Below are positions 8,193 through 18,083 of a stretch of DNA of 64,000 nt, in pieces. Each line of letters begins with the position of its first letter. Within the stretch, counting starts at the first letter, position 1. The notes under the pieces were generated by a model. The model was not told where the DNA came from. It was given only the letters and a program-made list of their open reading frames with translations, and did no database searches. The stretch is taken from contig JBDKFZ010000012.1 of the NCBI GenBank assembly GCA_039798445.1, positions 2,407 to 66,406 on the forward strand. Reading direction: 5' to 3'. A program made the translations under genes and the position numbers. This stretch comes from Candidatus Parcubacteria bacterium. GTDB taxonomy: Bacteria > Patescibacteriota > Minisyncoccia > Phycocordibacterales > EsbW-18.

Positions 8193-11100
8193 CTATAAAG
8201 TGCCCGCTTGGGTTTTTATAAGCTCCTGCAAGAGCTGTTTAAGGAGCTCTATGAGCTTGAGCTGGAGCTGTTCAAGTGGCGTCCCCGTGGCTGGTGGCAT
8301 TGTTTCTCCACTCCCACCTCCCCCGCTTCGTCGGTGTGAACCACTACTTCCACCATCATCTTCCTCGTCTTCAGCTGGTGGAGTTTCTTCTTCATTTATT
8401 TCTTCCCAAACAAAAACATCTGCAACCCCATTAGTATCTCCAATTACAAGGTTTGTGTTTGAAGAATAAAAGGAAACAACCGTGCCACCATCAGAAACAT
8501 CTGGATATGAAACAGATGCGCCACCATCCGCAATACCAACACCTTCTGTTATCAATAATTCAACATCCTCTTCTCTGTCGTAACGATATAAATGGAGATC
8601 TTCTCCGCCCTCATCATACGCCGTATAAAAAACATAACGCCCATCTGATGACACGGCCACACGACCGCTCACATATCCATTGCCTGTAACATAGTCATCA
8701 CCAATAAGTTCTGTTGTACCGAGAGTACGGTCTCGAAGAAAGACTGCTCCGCTTCCATTTACTTCATCAGCAGTTAGGTTTGTTGAATCAGACCAAAACA
8801 CAACGTAGCGGCCATCTTCGGAAATAGCTGGGGTTGTCGCCGAAGCGTCACCAGTCACTTCATCACTATCTACATCGACTTGTTCCGTTGTGTCACTTTC
8901 ACGGTCAAACAAAAATACGTTTGTAAGAGAGGTGTCATTATCAAACCGAACATACACAATATATCGGCCGTCGTTAGACAGTATTAGTTCATCCTCATTT
9001 GCATTCAAAAAATACTGATCCTCAGTATCAAAAGCAACTTCTCGGGTAATCGCTTCCATAGTTTGGTCGTAGACAAAAATATCAGTTTTTCCGTTAGTAT
9101 CCCCCACAACAAGATTGGTGGCCTGCGACGTGAACACAATGTAGCGACCATCCTCAGATAGTGCACTTCGTGCAGAATCACTATCTCCCTCTTCGCCTCC
9201 TTCGTTTTTACTTACAAATGTAAGTTCTTCTGTGTCACGATCATAGACAAAAACATTACTTACTCCAACCATATTCTCAGGAAGGAGAAGCCCTGAAGTT
9301 GAAAATAGAACAAAACGTCCATCGCCCGATATCTCTGGCTCCCCTGCATTTTCAACATTTTCTCCTCCCTCCCCATTCAAACTTACGCGCTTAACACTGT
9401 TAGCCTGTCGATCATAGACAAAAATATCGTATGTGCCATTGGTATCATCAGGAACCAAATTTGTTGCGACTGATTCGAAGACAACATAGCGGCCGTCGCT
9501 TGAAATTTTTGGATTTTGCGAAGTTCCGTCTCCCTCTTCTGCCCCATCACTTATACTTACTCGTTCAAAATCAAACGTTATTGCTGGAGCGGCTATGAAG
9601 TTCCATGTTGTTTCGTCTGCAATACCAGCAAAAAGATTTCCGGATTCATCTTCAATCGCAGTTGCGTCTATGTGGAAGTAGTAGTCCGTTTCATTCTCGA
9701 GTGTAACTGTTGGAAAAAGAGATACGAGTGTACTATCAACCGTCACAGCATCTCCATCAGTCACATCGAATGTCTCAACAACACTGTCATCACTTGTCTT
9801 AAATAAAGTGATATTGCCTGTTCCGGCAACGACGGTTTCACTAAAATATAAATCGAACTGAGAAATATCTATTGCGACACCCGTTTCGTCGTCTCCCGGA
9901 GTAAAGCCAACGGATGTTGGCACCGCATCTGACGTGAAATTCCATGTTGTTTCATCAGAGATACCCACAAAACCGTTCCCAACCAAATCTTCAACGGCCC
10001 CTATATCAATAAGGAAATAATACTCTGTTCCCAACTCAAGCGTCACCGATGGATCTATGACAAGCGTGTCTGTTCCCGAAAGAGAAACCAGTCCTCCTGC
10101 AATATCTATTGTCTCCACGACAGAATCATCGGATGCATCGTACAAAACAATATCCCCTGTTGATGTCGCAATGTCTTGTTCAAACGTAATAGAAAATGTC
10201 GCATCAAGACCAATTTCAATAGCACCGTCTGCTGGATCAAATGTCGTAATGTTTGGTATATCAGGATACATATACACGCGACCGTTGTTTACGTTCGCTA
10301 TCATAAAGGAACCATCTGCATCCAGTGCAACTGCGTTCCACCCCTTGTCGGTAGCCCCTGCAGGTTGTTGTTCTGTCCAATTCTCACCACTATCGTCCGA
10401 TGTATAGAGACGACCACTGCTCACAGCGGCTATCAAATGTGAGCCATCAGAATCGGATGCAACAGTGATCCATGACTTATTAACAGCCCCCGCAGGTTGA
10501 CGCTCTGTCCAATCTACCCCTCCGTTACTTGAAGTGTAGAGACGACCATTGCTCACGCTGGCTATCAAATTGGAACCATCGGCATCAGAGGCAACACCCC
10601 ACCACAATGTATCAACATCTCCCGCAGGTTGACGCTCTATCCAATCTACCCCTCCGTTACTTGAAGTGTAGAGACGTCCACCAAGTACGCCGGCTATCAA
10701 GTTAGAACCATCGGCATCAGAATCTACCGATCGCCATTCTCCGTTAACATCTCCCGCAGGTTGACGCTCTATCCAATCTACCCCTCCGTTACTTGAAGTG
10801 TAGAGACGACCATTGGTGGCTATCCCCGCAATAAGATTTGAGCCATCAGCGTCAGAAGCGGCATCCCACCATGATTTTGTGACATCGCCCGCAGGTTGAC
10901 GCTCTGTCCAACTTACCCCTCCGTCATCAGATGTATAGAGACGGCTGTTTTGACCTCCCACAATAAGGTTCGAACCGTCATCATCAGAATCCAAAGCTCT
11001 CCATGAGCCATCAAAATTCCCAATGGGCTGACGTTGCGTCCATGTGATCCCTCCATTACTTGATGTCCAAAGTCTTCCACCACCACCAGAAGCTCCAACA

Positions 11101-11267
11101 AAAAGGTTTGAACCATCGGCGTCTGACGCCGCAGCAGACCATCCGTAATTAGCCGCAAACCCTGTAGGGGTCACCTCCAGCCACGTGTCTGTCGCAAACA
11201 CCAAACTTGGCAATACAAGCGCAAGTATCAAAAAAGAAAAAGTGAGGAAAGAAAGTAGTTTTTTCAT
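8193..11267 (-). CDS. Secreted modular protein: BNR-type propeller, 2 Ig-like (Big_5-like) domains, TolB/PD40-like propeller, acidic linker, C-terminal helix
   Basis: Signal peptide; repeats SDADGSNLI...LYTSSNGGVDW; PADG...TWNFT; ISSDGRYVVF. Confidence 0.85.
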   Translation of the reverse strand: MKKLLSFLTFSFLILALVLPSLVFATDTWLEVTPTGFAANYGWSAAASDADGSNLFVGASGGGGRLWTSSNGGITWTQRQPIGNFDGSWRALDSDDDGSNLIVGGQNSRLYTSDDGGVSWTERQPAGDVTKSWWDAASDADGSNLIAGIATNGRLYTSSNGGVDWIERQPAGDVNGEWRSVDSDADGSNLIAGVLGGRLYTSSNGGVDWIERQPAGDVDTLWWGVASDADGSNLIASVSNGRLYTSSNGGVDWTERQPAGAVNKSWITVASDSDGSHLIAAVSSGRLYTSDDSGENWTEQQPAGATDKGWNAVALDADGSFMIANVNNGRVYMYPDIPNITTFDPADGAIEIGLDATFSITFEQDIATSTGDIVLYDASDDSVVETIDIAGGLVSLSGTDTLVIDPSVTLELGTEYYFLIDIGAVEDLVGNGFVGISDETTWNFTSDAVPTSVGFTPGDDETGVAIDISQFDLYFSETVVAGTGNITLFKTSDDSVVETFDVTDGDAVTVDSTLVSLFPTVTLENETDYYFHIDATAIEDESGNLFAGIADETTWNFIAAPAITFDFERVSISDGAEEGDGTSQNPKISSDGRYVVFESVATNLVPDDTNGTYDIFVYDRQANSVKRVSLNGEGGENVENAGEPEISGDGRFVLFSTSGLLLPENMVGVSNVFVYDRDTEELTFVSKNEGGEEGDSDSARSALSEDGRYIVFTSQATNLVVGDTNGKTDIFVYDQTMEAITREVAFDTEDQYFLNANEDELILSNDGRYIVYVRFDNDTSLTNVFLFDRESDTTEQVDVDSDEVTGDASATTPAISEDGRYVVFWSDSTNLTADEVNGSGAVFLRDRTLGTTELIGDDYVTGNGYVSGRVAVSSDGRYVFYTAYDEGGEDLHLYRYDREEDVELLITEGVGIADGGASVSYPDVSDGGTVVSFYSSNTNLVIGDTNGVADVFVWEEINEEETPPAEDEEDDGGSSGSHRRSGGGGSGETMPPATGTPLEQLQLKLIELLKQLLQELIKTQAGTL

Positions 11268-11372
11268 GCAGAAATTGGTACTGGGGGGGGCAATGAATCA
11301 GTATACCAAACAAAAACCGCCTATTGAGCGGTTCTTGTGTCTTGGTTGCATCAGCCCCTGATATAGAAAGGC

Positions 11373-14096
11373 TTATCTCTGTGTCATCAATTCCTGCAAG
11401 AGCTGTTTAAGGAGGTCAATCAGCTTAAGTTGAAGCTGGATGAGAACGTTAGTGTCCCCATGGAATGACGGCGGGTTGCTGATAGGCTTCCGGTGGGAAC
11501 CGCTTCCGCTTCCCCCATTGTCATCGTCTTCGCCCTCTTCTTCCTCTTCCACTTCCTCTCCTACTTCAAGATCAAATGTCGCAGTGACACTCTGTGCCGC
11601 ACTCATCGTGACAACACATGTTCCCGTACCTGAACATCCACCTCCTGACCATCCTATGAAATCAGAACCATCTGCAGCAACCGCAGTAAGAGTCACCTCG
11701 GTATCTGCCGCATAGTCTTCTGTACAATCAACACCACAGTTGATACCCGATGGGGCTGACGTCACAGTTCCCGAACCCGTGCCATCTTTTGAGACGGTGA
11801 GCGTTTCGGTGCCACCTACACCAGTGTTAAAAAAGAACAACGTTGAGGTTCCACTGTTAATGTCGTAATTACCGACATACAACTCCGTGTCGTCCGCAGC
11901 CAAACCAAGACCGTACACATTCGCTGTACCCACAGGATCAAACGCCGTTGCCGTACCATCTGTTGTGTCGAACGCAGCGAGATAATCACGCGACGTACCA
12001 CTGTTCACATCCGCAAAATCTCCACCGGCATAGAGGAGCGCATCATCTGAAGAGAGTTCAAGCTTGAAGACTAGAGCGTCGGGAACTGGTATAAATGCTG
12101 TTATGAGTGAATTGTCAGACAAGTCGATTCCCAACAAATACGGTGCACTAATTGCTCCGTAGCTGGAGAATTCTCCTCCGACGTATACATCACCTGTTGA
12201 TGTTGAAACTGCCACCGTGTACGAAATGCCGTCAAAGTTTGGATTAAAACTTGTCGCCAACCCCGTAGTTACGTTGAGTTCTCCAAAATACCCCCGGGCT
12301 TCAGAACCAATGTCTGTGAAGTCTCCTACAACATAGAGTGTTGTCTCATCTGTAGAAAGCGCGGTTGAGTGTACGTGTTGTCCATTTCCAGTTACGGTCG
12401 CATCAAACGCAGAAACGAGGGAGCCGTCCGAGGTATCAAGTTTGGCCAAAGCCGTTCTACTTCCTCCACCAATAGTGGTGAACGAACCTCCGGCGTAGAT
12501 ACTTGTTTCATCCGGAGACAGCACAAACGTTCTTATAGTACCATCAGCGTTGGGATCAAACGCCGTTACGGTACCCGCACCGACAGTGGTAAATGCTCCG
12601 GCATTATTTCTTGCTGTTGCCGTTGCGTCGAACGATGTGAAGTCACCACCCATGTAGAGAGTTCCATCATCATCTGAAAGAGCGAGTGCCCGCACGGTGC
12701 TATCTGCATCTGGGTCAAATGCTGTTACAGTACCCGCACCAACGGTGGTGAATGCCCCCACATAGTTTCTAAATGTTGCTCCACCGTCGAACGTTCCAAA
12801 ATCACCTCCCATGTAGAGAGTTCCTCCGTCCGAGGAAAGTGCGAGTGCGAATACTGTCGCGCCCGCACTAGGATCAAAAGCCGTTACTGAACCGTCTGTT
12901 GTGTCGAATGCCGCCACGTAATCTCTTACTGTCCCGTTTTCAACGGAGTTAAACTGACCACCGGCATAGAGTGTTGATCCATCTGGAGATAGTGCAAGTG
13001 CGAACACTGTTGCGTTATCGATATCAGGGTCAAATGCAGAATCTAAAACACCAGACGACGTGATATGTGCAAGGCGTGGTTGTGTTGTTGTTCCAACGTT
13101 CGTAAAACTTCCACCGATATACCATCCCCCCTCACCATCTGGAACAGATGCGTATATTGTTGCCCCCGGACCTCCTAATGTTGAAACCTTTGGATACGCA
13201 ACTGATGCTTGTGTTACTTCATCAAACGGAACCCCTTCACCAGCAAGTGTTCTGAACTCAAGAAAGTTACCACCTACATACAACGTAGTGCCGTCCGAAG
13301 AGCGCGCAAGAACCTGCCCCGCAGCATCGAGAGCAGCATTAAAATTGGTTATATCACCGGTATCACTATCAAATTCGGCTATGTACTCTTGGGGCAAAAG
13401 CCCATTTACGGTCAAAAAATCCCCAGCAGCATACACCGTTGATTCATCTACTGACAATTTAATACTCCATACCGTACTATCAACATCTGGATTAAAGTCA
13501 GTTGCAACACCATCCACGGTCGTAAACCCGGCAATATAGTTTCGAGCCGTCCCGCTATTTACGTCAGTAAATGAACCCCCAGCAAAAAGCGTTGCGTCAT
13601 CAGAAGAAAGCGCTATCGTGTTTACCTCGCCGTTTGGATTTGGATTAAATGCTGTGGCATTACCTGTTGTTGTATCTATTGCTGCAAGGTTAAATCGCTC
13701 ACTTTCGAGACATGCGGCCTCAAACTCCCCGCCGATACACCAAAATGACCCTCCCATGTACAACGTAGAGCCGTCCGAAGAGAGTGCTAGAGATGTCACA
13801 CCCCCGTTAAGGTTCGGATCAAACCCTCCTATCAATGAACCGTCACTCACATCAAACGCCGCAAGATAGTTTCGTGCGGTTGAAAGAGGTTCCCCAACAG
13901 TCGGCGTGATTTGGGTAAAATTACCACCCACGTAGAGCGTGGTGCCATCAGAAACGACAGCGGCAATAGATCCATCGAATTCATACCTACTTTTCACTGC
14001 GTCCGGAATTGAATCAAGCGCAGGTGCGGCATGTACGAAAGAAGGCACCGATGTGAACACGAAGAGAAGCGCGATGAGAAAGAATAGTTTTTTCAT
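11373..14096 (-). CDS. Secreted beta-propeller protein with an InlB B-repeat-like domain and C-terminal helix
   Basis: Signal peptide; repeats LALSxDGxTLYxGGxF...RNYxAAFD; LTVSKDGTGSGTVTSAPSGINCG. Start set at MKKLFF. Confidence 0.85.
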   Translation of the reverse strand: MKKLFFLIALLFVFTSVPSFVHAAPALDSIPDAVKSRYEFDGSIAAVVSDGTTLYVGGNFTQITPTVGEPLSTARNYLAAFDVSDGSLIGGFDPNLNGGVTSLALSSDGSTLYMGGSFWCIGGEFEAACLESERFNLAAIDTTTGNATAFNPNPNGEVNTIALSSDDATLFAGGSFTDVNSGTARNYIAGFTTVDGVATDFNPDVDSTVWSIKLSVDESTVYAAGDFLTVNGLLPQEYIAEFDSDTGDITNFNAALDAAGQVLARSSDGTTLYVGGNFLEFRTLAGEGVPFDEVTQASVAYPKVSTLGGPGATIYASVPDGEGGWYIGGSFTNVGTTTQPRLAHITSSGVLDSAFDPDIDNATVFALALSPDGSTLYAGGQFNSVENGTVRDYVAAFDTTDGSVTAFDPSAGATVFALALSSDGGTLYMGGDFGTFDGGATFRNYVGAFTTVGAGTVTAFDPDADSTVRALALSDDDGTLYMGGDFTSFDATATARNNAGAFTTVGAGTVTAFDPNADGTIRTFVLSPDETSIYAGGSFTTIGGGSRTALAKLDTSDGSLVSAFDATVTGNGQHVHSTALSTDETTLYVVGDFTDIGSEARGYFGELNVTTGLATSFNPNFDGISYTVAVSTSTGDVYVGGEFSSYGAISAPYLLGIDLSDNSLITAFIPVPDALVFKLELSSDDALLYAGGDFADVNSGTSRDYLAAFDTTDGTATAFDPVGTANVYGLGLAADDTELYVGNYDINSGTSTLFFFNTGVGGTETLTVSKDGTGSGTVTSAPSGINCGVDCTEDYAADTEVTLTAVAADGSDFIGWSGGGCSGTGTCVVTMSAAQSVTATFDLEVGEEVEEEEEGEDDDNGGSGSGSHRKPISNPPSFHGDTNVLIQLQLKLIDLLKQLLQELMTQR

Positions 14097-14122
14097 GAGA
14101 ATGATGAAGCTAAAAGAATGCC

Positions 14123-14159
14123 CAAAGTATAGCAAAAGCCACGGATTCCCGTGGCTTTT
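14123..14159 (-). promoter_or_regulatory. Terminator hairpin abutting an extended -10 (TGcTATACT)
   Basis: Minus strand reads aaaagccacgg-gaat-ccgtggcttttgctatact. Similar elements at 57603-57634 and, partially, 18006-18030. Confidence 0.65.
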
Positions 14160-14184
14160 GTGTGAATTGACTAGAATCTAATGT

Positions 14185-17100
14185 CTACAAACCGTTGATA
14201 TACGCCCTCGTCACTGGTCCGAAGTATCCAGCAGCTGGAGTGATACCGACAGATGCTTGGTATTCAGCAAGAGCTGCTTGGGTGAGAGGGCCGAAGAAGC
14301 CTGTTGCTCCAACTGCTGCAAGAGCTTGGGCTTGTGGTCCCTTGTTTTGAGCAATGAGGAAGAGTTGGAGTGCTGTTACGTCTGGTCCCTTACTATTGAG
14401 ATCGAGGTCGCGGGTGTAGATATCTGATGTGGTTGATGGGATGCCGAGAAGTGAAGCCAGTATCGCCTTGAGTTCTTCGATGCGGGCTTGGAGAGACTCG
14501 AGGAGAGTTGTGTCGTCACGGAACGACGGAGGATTGACGAGAGGCTTTCGGTGACTTCCGCTTCTGGTTTCCCCATCATCTTCAACTTCGTCCACGTCTT
14601 CTGAATCATAAATACCAAACCAACCAGACGATCCTCCTACATATAGTTCATCGCCATCAGGGTGAAGGGCCAACGCATACATGTAGTAGGCATCTGTGGG
14701 ATTGAAATCAAGAACACTGGCATTAGACGTCTGAATTGCAGCGAGATAATCACGCAACGCCCCTCCTTCAGAATTAAAACTTCCACCTGCATAGAGGACC
14801 TCATCGTCAGATGTGAGAGCGAGAGAATACACAGCACCGCCTTCCGCGAAATCTGGGTCAAAATCGAGAAGCCCAAGATCGGACGTTGAGAATGCTGCAA
14901 GACCAGCACGTGCACCACCCCCAGTTTCTAACACACGCAACACCCCTCCTCCTGCAAAGATATTTCCATTTACGGGACCACTGATGGTATATACATCGTA
15001 ACCAAAACTAGTATTAAGACGGGCACTGAATTCTGTGAGTGTTGCGTCACTCGTATTGAGTGCTACGAGACCGGCAACATTCTCACCACTTATGTTTGTA
15101 AAACCACCACCCGCATACAGAACGGACTCGTCAGAAGAAAGACTTAATGCATACACCGTAGAGTTGGCGTCGGGGGCAAAAGGCATTGCAAGACCGTCGT
15201 CTGTGTCGATTGCAGCAAGACGATAGCGCTCGCTTCCAAGACACACTTCCTCTTCGTCATCATACCCACCAACACAGTAGAAATCTCCTCCTGCAAACAA
15301 AACACTGTCATCATCCGAGAGTTCCAGTGAGTAGACGCTACTGTTCATATCAGGATTAAACGCAGTTGCAACGCTCGTTGTTTCTGTTGTATCAAGTGCT
15401 GCGAGATAGTTTCTATCCGCATTACATACTTCCAGACCCGAATCATATTCGACACAAGAGAAACTTCCTCCCACATACAATGTCAAATCATCAGAAGAAA
15501 GAGCAAGACTTGTGGCACCGTTATTTAGAGAGGGCGCAAAGTCTGTTGCAACTCCATCTGAGGTGTTGAATCCAGCGACGTGACCGCGATCTGTTGCGCC
15601 ATTAACTACTAGGAAGTTCCCCGCTGCGTAGAGTGTTGCCTCATCTGAACTTAGTTGAAGTGCGTATACGTCGCCATTCATGTCGGGATCAAAATTGGTC
15701 AGTGATCCATCACTCGTATCGAATGCGGCAAGACGATTTCTTGTTGTTGAGTTGATCGTTGTGAATTCTCCACCCGCGTAAAGCGTTTCTCCATCAGAAG
15801 AAAGTGCGAGGGCCCGAACTGTTCCCCCCTCAGAACCGAAGTCCGGCTCGAAGGTAGGATCGATAGTCATATCAGGAAGAATGTGTGCAATGCGCGAGTC
15901 CCATACTCCTCCATCTATACGGTTGAAGGACCCACCAGCATACCAACCACCGTTGCCGTCCGGGATAGATGCGTGGACTGTGCTTGCATTCGTCGAAAAA
16001 ATCGACTGTGAATCAACAAATGATCCTGTTGTGGCGTCAAAAATACCTCCCTCACCGATATTTATAAGGCCTGGTGTAAATTCAGTAAACTCACCTCCCG
16101 CATATAACGTCTCTCCGTCAGAGGAGAGTGTGAGGGCCCGAACCGTATCATCCGCTGGAAATTCTGTAGAAAGAAGGGTGGAACCGTCAGTGGTATCAAG
16201 TGCGACCAGTTTTTCTGTGAAGTCTCCACCAGCGTACAAACTGTTGCCATCAGACGAGAGTTTAAGTGCGCGAACCTCACCATCAAGTGAAGGAGTGAAC
16301 GCAATCTCCGCTCCTGTACCCGCGTCCATTTTTGCTACGTAATAAACGTCCCCGCCTACTCCCCATTCCTCAAAATCTCCACCGGCGTACACCGTTGAAC
16401 CATCAGAAGAGACAACAAGAGAATAAACCGTATATCCACCCCCCATATTGGGATTAAAATCCGTCATGACTCCATCAATTGTAGTGACCGCCGCAAGACT
16501 GTAACGATTACCTCCGATTCCATTTATTCCATTAAAAGCACCTCCAATATAGAGAGTCCCAGCATCTGGTGAGAGAGCGAGAGCATGCACCGACTGATCT
16601 ACTGAGACCACGTTTGGATTAAAATCAGTTAGTTCATACGTAGCAAGATCGATTGCAGCGACTTCACTTCGAGAAACACGATCTGCTTGTGTCATTGAAC
16701 CCCCTGCAAGCAACTGTCCATTCACAGAAGAAAGCGCGTAAACTGTACCATCGTAAAATCCACCACCAAAATCCTCTGCGGTCGCCGTGCCGTCAGAAAC
16801 TGCGAGTGCTGCGATTCTATTGCGTGTCGTTCCTCCATTAACCGCTGTAAATGACCCACCTGCGTAAAGTGTGGTCTCATCAGAAGAAAGTGCGAGTGAA
16901 TACACAAAACCAGCACCCACGTTTGGGTCAAATGCCTCTACAAGTGAGCCGTCGGTCGTATCAACTGCAGCAATTTTGTTACGTGTCGTGCCAGAATTAA
17001 CATCTGTAAACACTCCTCCTATATAGAGTGTCGAATCATCGTCTGAAAGAGCCATCGCAAGAATGTCATCATTAACATTTGGATCAAAGACAAGCTGACT

Positions 17101-17979
17101 TCCATCAGACGTGTCGAATGCAAAAAGCGCGTCATACCCATCACCTATCCCAAATTCCGTAGTACCACCCCCCACATACAATATGTCTCCGCCGGAAGAA
17201 AGGGCTAAAGAATTGGGGCGTGCAGGGAAAGTGATGTCCCCTCCAAAATCAACACCGGGAACAAGGGAGCCGTCTGTTGTATTAAGCGCGGCAAGACCAT
17301 ATGCAGATTGTCCATTAACCGAAACAAATGTTCCACCGACATACAATGTTTCTCCATCCGGAGAAAGCACAATCGCCTTAACAATATTGGTCAAGTTTGG
17401 ATTAAACGCTGTAAGTGTCCCATCTGATGTATTAATCGCTGCAAGACGATTTCGTGTCGTACCATTGATTTCAGAAAAATCACCTCCAACATAAAGTGTT
17501 TCACCGTCTGGTGAAAGAGCCAGGGCTAAAACCATATCTCCAAGAATAAATACGGGATCAAAATCGGTATCAATAGATCCATCAGAAAGCACGTGTGCAA
17601 GGGAGTAAAGGCTCTCTCCGTTTACTGTGTCAAAATCCCCACCGACATACCAGCCCCCAACCCCATCATCTGTAACAGCAAAAACTGTTTCTTCATCGCC
17701 TGGGGTCACTCTTTCAAATCTCGGGAACGTTTCCACTCGTTCTCCTGTTTCCTCAGTAAACAAAACTGCATTACCAACAATCTTCGAAACCTGAGAAAAA
17801 CTTCCGCCGAGATACAATGTGTCGCCATCAGTTACAACCACATTTATCTGATCACTAAACGTATACTTATTCTTTACTGCATCCAATGTTTCGGAGAGTG
17901 TTGGTGCTGCTTGCACAAAAAATGGTGCGATGACAAGCACAGCAAGGAGGGCGAAGATGGAACGATACAATGCCTTCAT
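14185..17979 (-). CDS. Secreted multi-propeller protein with a C-terminal peptidoglycan-binding-like domain
   Basis: Same blade repeats as 11373-14096. The C-terminus TRDLDLNSKGPDVTALQLFL...GFFGPLTQAALAEYQ...GYFGPVTRAYIN is a PG_binding_1-type pattern. Confidence 0.85.
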   Translation of the reverse strand: MKALYRSIFALLAVLVIAPFFVQAAPTLSETLDAVKNKYTFSDQINVVVTDGDTLYLGGSFSQVSKIVGNAVLFTEETGERVETFPRFERVTPGDEETVFAVTDDGVGGWYVGGDFDTVNGESLYSLAHVLSDGSIDTDFDPVFILGDMVLALALSPDGETLYVGGDFSEINGTTRNRLAAINTSDGTLTAFNPNLTNIVKAIVLSPDGETLYVGGTFVSVNGQSAYGLAALNTTDGSLVPGVDFGGDITFPARPNSLALSSGGDILYVGGGTTEFGIGDGYDALFAFDTSDGSQLVFDPNVNDDILAMALSDDDSTLYIGGVFTDVNSGTTRNKIAAVDTTDGSLVEAFDPNVGAGFVYSLALSSDETTLYAGGSFTAVNGGTTRNRIAALAVSDGTATAEDFGGGFYDGTVYALSSVNGQLLAGGSMTQADRVSRSEVAAIDLATYELTDFNPNVVSVDQSVHALALSPDAGTLYIGGAFNGINGIGGNRYSLAAVTTIDGVMTDFNPNMGGGYTVYSLVVSSDGSTVYAGGDFEEWGVGGDVYYVAKMDAGTGAEIAFTPSLDGEVRALKLSSDGNSLYAGGDFTEKLVALDTTDGSTLLSTEFPADDTVRALTLSSDGETLYAGGEFTEFTPGLINIGEGGIFDATTGSFVDSQSIFSTNASTVHASIPDGNGGWYAGGSFNRIDGGVWDSRIAHILPDMTIDPTFEPDFGSEGGTVRALALSSDGETLYAGGEFTTINSTTRNRLAAFDTSDGSLTNFDPDMNGDVYALQLSSDEATLYAAGNFLVVNGATDRGHVAGFNTSDGVATDFAPSLNNGATSLALSSDDLTLYVGGSFSCVEYDSGLEVCNADRNYLAALDTTETTSVATAFNPDMNSSVYSLELSDDDSVLFAGGDFYCVGGYDDEEEVCLGSERYRLAAIDTDDGLAMPFAPDANSTVYALSLSSDESVLYAGGGFTNISGENVAGLVALNTSDATLTEFSARLNTSFGYDVYTISGPVNGNIFAGGGVLRVLETGGGARAGLAAFSTSDLGLLDFDPDFAEGGAVYSLALTSDDEVLYAGGSFNSEGGALRDYLAAIQTSNASVLDFNPTDAYYMYALALHPDGDELYVGGSSGWFGIYDSEDVDEVEDDGETRSGSHRKPLVNPPSFRDDTTLLESLQARIEELKAILASLLGIPSTTSDIYTRDLDLNSKGPDVTALQLFLIAQNKGPQAQALAAVGATGFFGPLTQAALAEYQASVGITPAAGYFGPVTRAYINGL

Positions 17980-18037
17980 AGTTTCAGATGTTAATTTCAA
18001 TCCTCAAAGTATACCAAAAGCCACGGATCCCCATAGC

Positions 18038-18064
18038 AAAACCACCCCTGTTGGGGTGGTTTTG
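18038..18064 (-). terminator. Terminator after fusA
   Basis: aaaaccacccc-tgtt-ggggtggtttt. Confidence 0.8.
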
Positions 18065-18083
18065 GGCATCTTTTGAATTGAGA

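Noticed and set aside
10360-10945. CRISPR-like periodic repeats
   Set aside because: The period is a multiple of 3 within an intact ORF, the repeats encode propeller blades, and there are no cas genes.
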